The notes under the pieces were generated by a model. It made no database searches, had not been told where the DNA came from, and saw nothing but the letters and a program-made list of their open reading frames with translations. A stretch of DNA of 64,000 nucleotides, taken from contig CAKPNP010000001.1 of the NCBI GenBank assembly GCA_934169415.1, positions 25,854-89,853 on the forward strand, read 5' to 3'. Positions 59,600-64,000 of this stretch are shown piece by piece. A program made the position numbers and the translations under genes. The stretch comes from an uncultured Bacilli bacterium (lineage in GTDB: Bacteria; Bacillota_I; Bacilli_A; RF39; UBA660). Numbering within the stretch: position 1 is the first letter of the stretch; each line of letters begins with the position of its first letter.

Positions 59600-60410
59600 C
59601 AAAATAATTAATATTTCTTTTATAACTGATGATGCTTTAAATACATTATATAGTAATCCTCAAAAGGTAACAGAACTAATAAGAAATAATCCATTTGAAT
59701 CATCGTGGTTAAATGAATTGATAAATAAAGAACCATTCGAGTTAAGAAAAATAAAAATTGAAGATTTTGAACTTAAAATATCACCAAATGGTAATTATAA
59801 AGAAGTTGAATTTGATAATGCTGTATGTTTGTATGAACATTTGAAAGATATTCCTAGATATATATTAATCGATGAAAGATTCTGGGTATGGCTTGAGTTA
59901 GGTAAATTTTATAGAGTTGCAGTTCAGTCGATGCCAGTAAAAAAAGATACTGCATTTGAAGGACAATGGATATTCACTAGAGGGAATAAACGTGGACTTT
60001 GGTTTAATGTTTTTTCAAGAAGTTATTTTTGGGTAGAATTTACTGTTGATGAAAATACTGAGAATAGATACGAATTAACAAAATTTGCTTTTGAAAAAAT
60101 AGAAAGAATTCGTCACTTAACATTTGATAGTAAATATAGAAATATTGTATTTAACAGTTTAAAAGCAGAAAAAATGCTATATGATAAATATGCTAATGAT
60201 CCAGAATATATGGAAACATTTAAAAAGTGTGAATCTGGAATTGGAAGTTATAATATATATACTTATTTAAGAAAAGCATTATCATTGTATGGAAGCGTAA
60301 GAATATTAGATTTTATGAGTGATGAAGATATATTTAATATTGCTTATCAAAAATTAGAAAATGCATTTTTTGAAGTTCATAAAGGCAACATTGAATATTT
60401 AATGAAATAA
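59592..60410 (+). CDS. Hypothetical protein (~273 aa), last gene of the GHKL operon
   Basis: RBS GAGGAGG lies 8 nt upstream of ATG 59592, overlapping the upstream gene end. It is Trp/Phe-rich (FWVWLEL, RGLWFNVF). No recognisable family. Confidence 0.5.
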   Translation: MFNKIINISFITDDALNTLYSNPQKVTELIRNNPFESSWLNELINKEPFELRKIKIEDFELKISPNGNYKEVEFDNAVCLYEHLKDIPRYILIDERFWVWLELGKFYRVAVQSMPVKKDTAFEGQWIFTRGNKRGLWFNVFSRSYFWVEFTVDENTENRYELTKFAFEKIERIRHLTFDSKYRNIVFNSLKAEKMLYDKYANDPEYMETFKKCESGIGSYNIYTYLRKALSLYGSVRILDFMSDEDIFNIAYQKLENAFFEVHKGNIEYLMK

Positions 60411-60648
60411 GATATTTAAAAGTATAAAAACTATGACTAAATATTTTAAAAGACAATGTAACAGATATTATGATGGTGCACCAAAGAATCCAGCTGAGAA
60501 TTATGTAAGACATAAATTAGGAACTTATAATCTCTCGGAATTCAAATAAATAATCGAGAAAATTAAATCTCGATTTTTATTTTTAAAAATATCTACAATA
60601 TTTACTACATTATTTAATACAATTAAGAATAATACGGAAGATAATTTT

Positions 60649-60710
60649 GTGTGCCAAGTTGGCGCCTAAATATAAGTGTCATAGTGTAATAATTTTTACA
60701 TACCTAAAAG
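60649..60710 (+). repeat. Island-flanking direct repeat, copy 2 (~62 bp; 36-bp perfect core 60668-60703)
   Basis: It matches 53927-53999. Confidence 0.85.
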
Positions 60711-60873
60711 AACATAATTAAAATTTTACATACCAAACTACATACCATAATATTTAAAATGTATTAATAATTTTTAAAATATTACAAAAATAAAACCTAG
60801 TATTTACTAGGATTTATCAATATTTATCAATGATTTAACAGTTCTTAAAAATATATTTTAGCGGCCCCCTGAA

Positions 60874-60905
60874 GAGAGCATTTAACCGTGCTCTTATCTT
60901 TTGTT
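60874..60905 (+). terminator. Hairpin plus U-tract (terminator-like) inside a GC-rich non-coding patch
   Basis: AGAGAGCA-TTTAACCG-TGCTCTT followed by ATCTTTTGTT. Confidence 0.4.
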
Positions 60906-60994
60906 CCCATTTTATAAGGGCTTGCGAGGCGTCGGTTTTGCTAAAATAATTTTAGGTACAATTTAGGTACAAAAAAATTGATTTAATAATAGTT

Positions 60995-61034
60995 CATTGA
61001 GAAAAAGTGCCGAAAGTGGCAAAAATTCTCAATG
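60995..61034. promoter_or_regulatory. Nested inverted repeat (candidate operator/structured element) upstream of the XRE-ImmA module
   Basis: CATTGAGAA...TTCTCAATG forms a 9-bp stem enclosing a smaller TGCC-GAAAGT-GGCA hairpin. A tandem ATTTAGGTACA x2 lies just upstream (60953-60974). Confidence 0.35.
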
Positions 61035-61162
61035 GATTTTTAATTTTAACAATGATGCGGATAAAATATAAGTGGTCAATATGAATGAAAAATATTATTC
61101 CACAAGCGGTAGGATATAGTTAGTATAAGATCATGGTATAATATATTATGAGGAGATGTCTT

Positions 61163-61363
61163 ATGGAAAAGAAAGAAGAAATAATTAGTAATAAAATTAA
61201 ATGTAAAAAATGCGGAGATATCATAGAATCAAAAAGTACTAATGATCTAAAAAGATGTTCTTGTGGAGCTGTTGCAGTTGACGGAGGCACTGAATATTTG
61301 AAGAGAATTGGTAATGAAAATGATTATATAGAATTGTCTATTAATAAAGATAATAATAAATAG
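61163..61363 (+). CDS. Small zinc-ribbon protein; hypothetical
   Basis: RBS AGGAGA lies 6 nt before ATG 61163. CKKCG...CSCG forms two Cys pairs. Confidence 0.5.
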   Translation: MEKKEEIISNKIKCKKCGDIIESKSTNDLKRCSCGAVAVDGGTEYLKRIGNENDYIELSINKDNNK

Positions 61364-61458
61364 TTATTTACATAAATAATAGAAAATAATAAATATAATT
61401 CAAAAATGTTGAAAAATTCAACATTTTTGAATATAATAATAATGATTTATACGTTAGG

Positions 61459-61809
61459 GTGGCGTATATGAAGGAGTTAAATTACAAAAAAATAGGTGAA
61501 AGATTAAGAAAACTTAGAAAATATATGGGATTAACGCAAGAACAAGTGGCCGAAATCGTAAGTTTAGGTCGAGATGCAATATTGAGAATCGAAAAAGGTG
61601 ATCGAAAGATTGATTTACAAGAATTAATGAATTTTTCAAAATTATATAATATAAGTATGGATGAATTGACAGCGGAAGAACATATTGTAAGTAGTAACGA
61701 TATAGCATTTGCAAGGGTTTTTAATGAATTAAGTGAAAAAGATAAAAAAGAAATTATTAGTTTAATCGAATATAAAAATATTTTGAAGTCTAAATATAAT
61801 GATAATTAA
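61459..61809 (+). CDS. XRE-family HTH repressor (ImmR-like); probable start ATG 61468
   Basis: LRKYMGLTQEQVAEIVSLGRDAILRIEKGDRKIDLQEL is an HTH_3 domain. It precedes an ImmA/IrrE peptidase gene. Confidence 0.8.
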   Translation: MAYMKELNYKKIGERLRKLRKYMGLTQEQVAEIVSLGRDAILRIEKGDRKIDLQELMNFSKLYNISMDELTAEEHIVSSNDIAFARVFNELSEKDKKEIISLIEYKNILKSKYNDN

Positions 61810-62212
61810 TATAACACCAGAAGAATTGGCAAACAACGAATTAGAAAAATTAAGAAATAAATATAAACTAACTTTTCCAATAGATCCATTTAGAATTCTT
61901 CGTGATGCTGGCGTTTTTGTTGTATTAAAAGATTTTGAAAATTTATATGGCATTATCGTTAATGATATAGATAATTGCACAATTGTAGGAATTAATTCAA
62001 ATAGTGGATGCCAAAGACAAAAATTTATAGCAGCACATGAATATTGTCATTTTATAAAAGATTTAAATAAAGAACAGGGAACAACAGATTATATTAAGTG
62101 TTTGAAAGCTTCAAATAAAACAATAGAAAAATATGCAAATGCTTTTGCAGGTTACTTGCTTATGCCAACAAATGAATTAAATGTTATTTGTGAACAATAC
62201 AAAAATAAATAA
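61799..62212 (+). CDS. ImmA/IrrE-family zinc metallopeptidase, terminated prematurely by an in-frame TAA
   Basis: The HExxH motif AAHEYCHFI is present. The ORF stops at 62210-62212, but the same frame continues with ImmA-like C-terminal sequence (IAEYFGVSFSSCLNRIAYDLNLI). Confidence 0.7.
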   Translation: MIINITPEELANNELEKLRNKYKLTFPIDPFRILRDAGVFVVLKDFENLYGIIVNDIDNCTIVGINSNSGCQRQKFIAAHEYCHFIKDLNKEQGTTDYIKCLKASNKTIEKYANAFAGYLLMPTNELNVICEQYKNK

Positions 62213-62299
62213 GGATTTATTGATTTCGAAAGTATAACGATTATAGCTGAATACTTTGGTGTTAGTTTTAGCTCTTGTTTAAATAGAATAGCTTATGAT

Positions 62300-62884
62300 T
62301 TGAATTTAATAGAAGGAGATATTTCTTCAGAATCTTTAAGAAAAAGAATGAAAAAATATGATATACCATCAAAAAGACAAGAACTTATAGAAAATAAGAT
62401 TGATAGCACGTTGTTATCAAATGTTGTTAACTCAATGAATTTTTTAATGGCTGATATTAATAAATATACTGGTCAAAAATTTTTACAAAACTATATTTAT
62501 AATGATAATAAATTTGACTGTGAATTACAATTATTTATGGAAAACATAGATGATTATGATGTAGGAAAATACATAGAGCAAGTTGTACGTTTTACGTATA
62601 GGTTTATAGTTATTAACCATTTTAGAGACGGAAATGGTCGTATATCAATGGCTATATTAAATTGGCTTTTGAGTAAGAAAAAAATACCACCGATATATAT
62701 AGATTCAAAGCGCAAAAAAGAATATTTAGAAGCACTTTCAATGATAGATTTGAAAGGAGACTTTGTACCATTTATAATGCTTATTGAAAAAAGGATAATT
62801 CATACTATGATTGAATTACATAAATATCTATTTGTTGATGAAATAGATGAGAAAATAATTAGTGATGTAGTGCCAGTTAATTAA
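62300..62884 (+). CDS. Fic/Doc-family protein (same reading frame as the upstream ImmA gene)
   Basis: HFRDGNGRISMAILNWLL matches the Fic motif HPFx(D/E)GNGR. The first Met after the stop is at 62300, and the upstream in-frame sequence is ImmA-like. Confidence 0.7.
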   Translation: MNLIEGDISSESLRKRMKKYDIPSKRQELIENKIDSTLLSNVVNSMNFLMADINKYTGQKFLQNYIYNDNKFDCELQLFMENIDDYDVGKYIEQVVRFTYRFIVINHFRDGNGRISMAILNWLLSKKKIPPIYIDSKRKKEYLEALSMIDLKGDFVPFIMLIEKRIIHTMIELHKYLFVDEIDEKIISDVVPVN

Positions 62885-63117
62885 TATGTATAAACTATTT
62901 TTATAATAATACTAGTAACTTAAATAGATATGGTTGAGTTTTTTTGTTAAATATTATAACTATTTTATATAACTATTTTTACAAATTAGATAAAAAATAC
63001 AAAAATAAAATCTTTAGTTGAAAATATGTAAATAACTTTTTAAAAGATTAAAGTAATATTGAAATAGTTTATATTATTTGATAATATATTTAATAGAGAA
63101 AACTTAAGGTGAAATTA

Positions 63118-64000
63118 TGGAGTTTGATATTAAATTTTTAAAAGAAAATAAGAAATTTATTTTAATATTATTAGTAATTATTTTATTTACTTTTTTGATA
63201 TCTATATTTGAAAATAAAAGTGCAGGAATAAGTAATATAGAAGAAAACGGTGATGAATTAGTAAAAAAATTAGTTATTAATGAAATAATGAGTTCTAATA
63301 AGGGTGTAGTATCAGATTCATTTGGTGATACTTATGATTATATTGAATTATATAATGGAACTAATAGTGATATTAATTTAAAGAATTTTGGTTTATCTGA
63401 TAAAGATAATGGGATTAAATGGGTGTTTCCTGATGTTACAATCAAAAAAAGAGATTATTTAGTTATATATTTATGTGGTTGTAATAAAGATGGAATGTAC
63501 GCTAATTTTAAATTAAAAAGTTCTGGTGGAGAATCAATAATATTAAAAGATAATAATGGTAAAACAATTGACTATGTAAAAACTGAAAGTCTAGCAAAAA
63601 ACGAGGTAATGGCAAGAGATTTGAATGGTAATTTTAAAATATATGATAAACCAACACCAGGTTATATTAATACTTTAGAAGGCTATAATGAGTATATAGA
63701 AAGTTTAAAAATAGATAATACTACTGGTATAGAAATTAATGAAATATTACCTCGTAATAAGGGAAATTTTAGTTTAAATAAATCTTTTTATGGCTATGTT
63801 GAATTAATCAATACAAGTGATAAAAAGATAAATTTAGATGGCTTTAGTTTGTCTGATGATGTACATACACCTTTTAAATATAATATTCCAAGTACTACTT
63901 TAAATAAAGGCGAAGTTTTATTAATATTTATGGATGATGTAAAAAATAGTGAATATTTATTTTCAGGTTTTAAATTAAATTCAAATAGTGGAAGTGTAAT
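63118..64000 (+). CDS. Lamin-tail-domain (LTD) repeat surface protein, 5' partial (continues beyond window)
   Basis: An N-terminal TM anchor is present. There are two LTD units (INEIMSSNKG...DYIELYNGTNSDINLKNFGLSD and EINEILPRNKG...YVELINTSDKKINLDGFSLSD). No stop codon appears before the window end. Confidence 0.65.

Noticed and set aside
60861-60950. GC-rich patch as a tRNA or tmRNA fragment
   Set aside because: It has no T-loop (GTTCGAATCC-like), no cloverleaf-compatible pairing and no CCA or acceptor stem. It is retained only as an unexplained structured non-coding element.
1-64000. CRISPR array or rRNA/tRNA genes
   Set aside because: I scanned for regularly spaced 25-40-bp repeats and for the GC-rich blocks typical of stable RNAs in an AT-rich genome, and found none. 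The only repeats are the paired direct repeats and the IS terminal inverted repeats reported above.

Overview
This is a low-GC (~27-28%) Firmicute, Clostridium-like chromosomal segment with cwlD and other sporulation-associated genes. I found no rRNA, tRNA or CRISPR array.

Ribosomal spine and insertions (1-27.7 kb). The window opens inside the conserved ribosomal superoperon: partial rpsC, then rplP-rpmC-rpsQ-rplN-rplX-rplE-rpsN(type Z)-rpsH-rplF-rplR-rpsE-rplO-secY-adk-map-infA-rpmJ-rpsM-rpsK-rpoA-rplQ. No rpmD (L30) lies between rpsE and rplO. About 7 kb of accessory genes sits where rplQ normally abuts ecfA. Two tandem paralogous zinc-ribbon/bPH membrane protein genes lie between 28-bp direct repeats that duplicate the rplQ 3' end and its terminator. 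After them come a membrane-anchored XRE regulator, a lipoprotein, a Nudix-like gene, and an SDR / ATP-grasp / class-III aminotransferase trio. Two divergent EcfA-like ABC ATPases follow with no EcfT, then truA, rplM (with a consensus promoter and a leader hairpin) and rpsI. A phosphoketolase-ldh-methyltransferase-rluA-gmk block separates rpsI from cwlD.

Polysaccharide locus (30.6-53.8 kb). An Abi_2 abortive-infection gene precedes a ~20 kb capsule/surface-polysaccharide locus. It contains:
- an initiating sugar transferase, Wzz/CpsC, a BY-kinase and a PHP phosphatase;
- acetyltransferases, a pyruvyl transferase and a flippase;
- a GDP-D-glycero-D-manno-heptose pathway (hddA, an hddC-gmhB fusion, gmhA);
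- a WecB/TagA transferase, three GT4 glycosyltransferases, a Wzy-like polymerase, an LCP protein and a VanZ-like protein.

The locus is visibly decaying. It carries an ISAs1-family IS with a shattered transposase gene, a frameshifted acetyltransferase pseudogene, a 5'-truncated ugd, and an intact ISL3 element abutting the VanZ-like stop codon.

Candidate defence island (53.9-60.7 kb). The most interesting region is a ~6.7 kb island bounded by ~65-bp direct repeats. It encodes a Dam-family N6-adenine methyltransferase, an overlapping 433-aa putative restriction partner, and a four-gene set: a small protein, a 642-aa GHKL (MutL/MORC-like) ATPase, and two proteins I could not place in any family. 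I propose this as a candidate uncharacterised R-M-associated defence module.

Downstream (60.7-64 kb). A structured GC-rich non-coding patch is followed by an XRE-ImmA-Fic module in which a single in-frame TAA separates the ImmA metallopeptidase from an in-frame Fic domain. The window ends inside a lamin-tail-domain surface protein.
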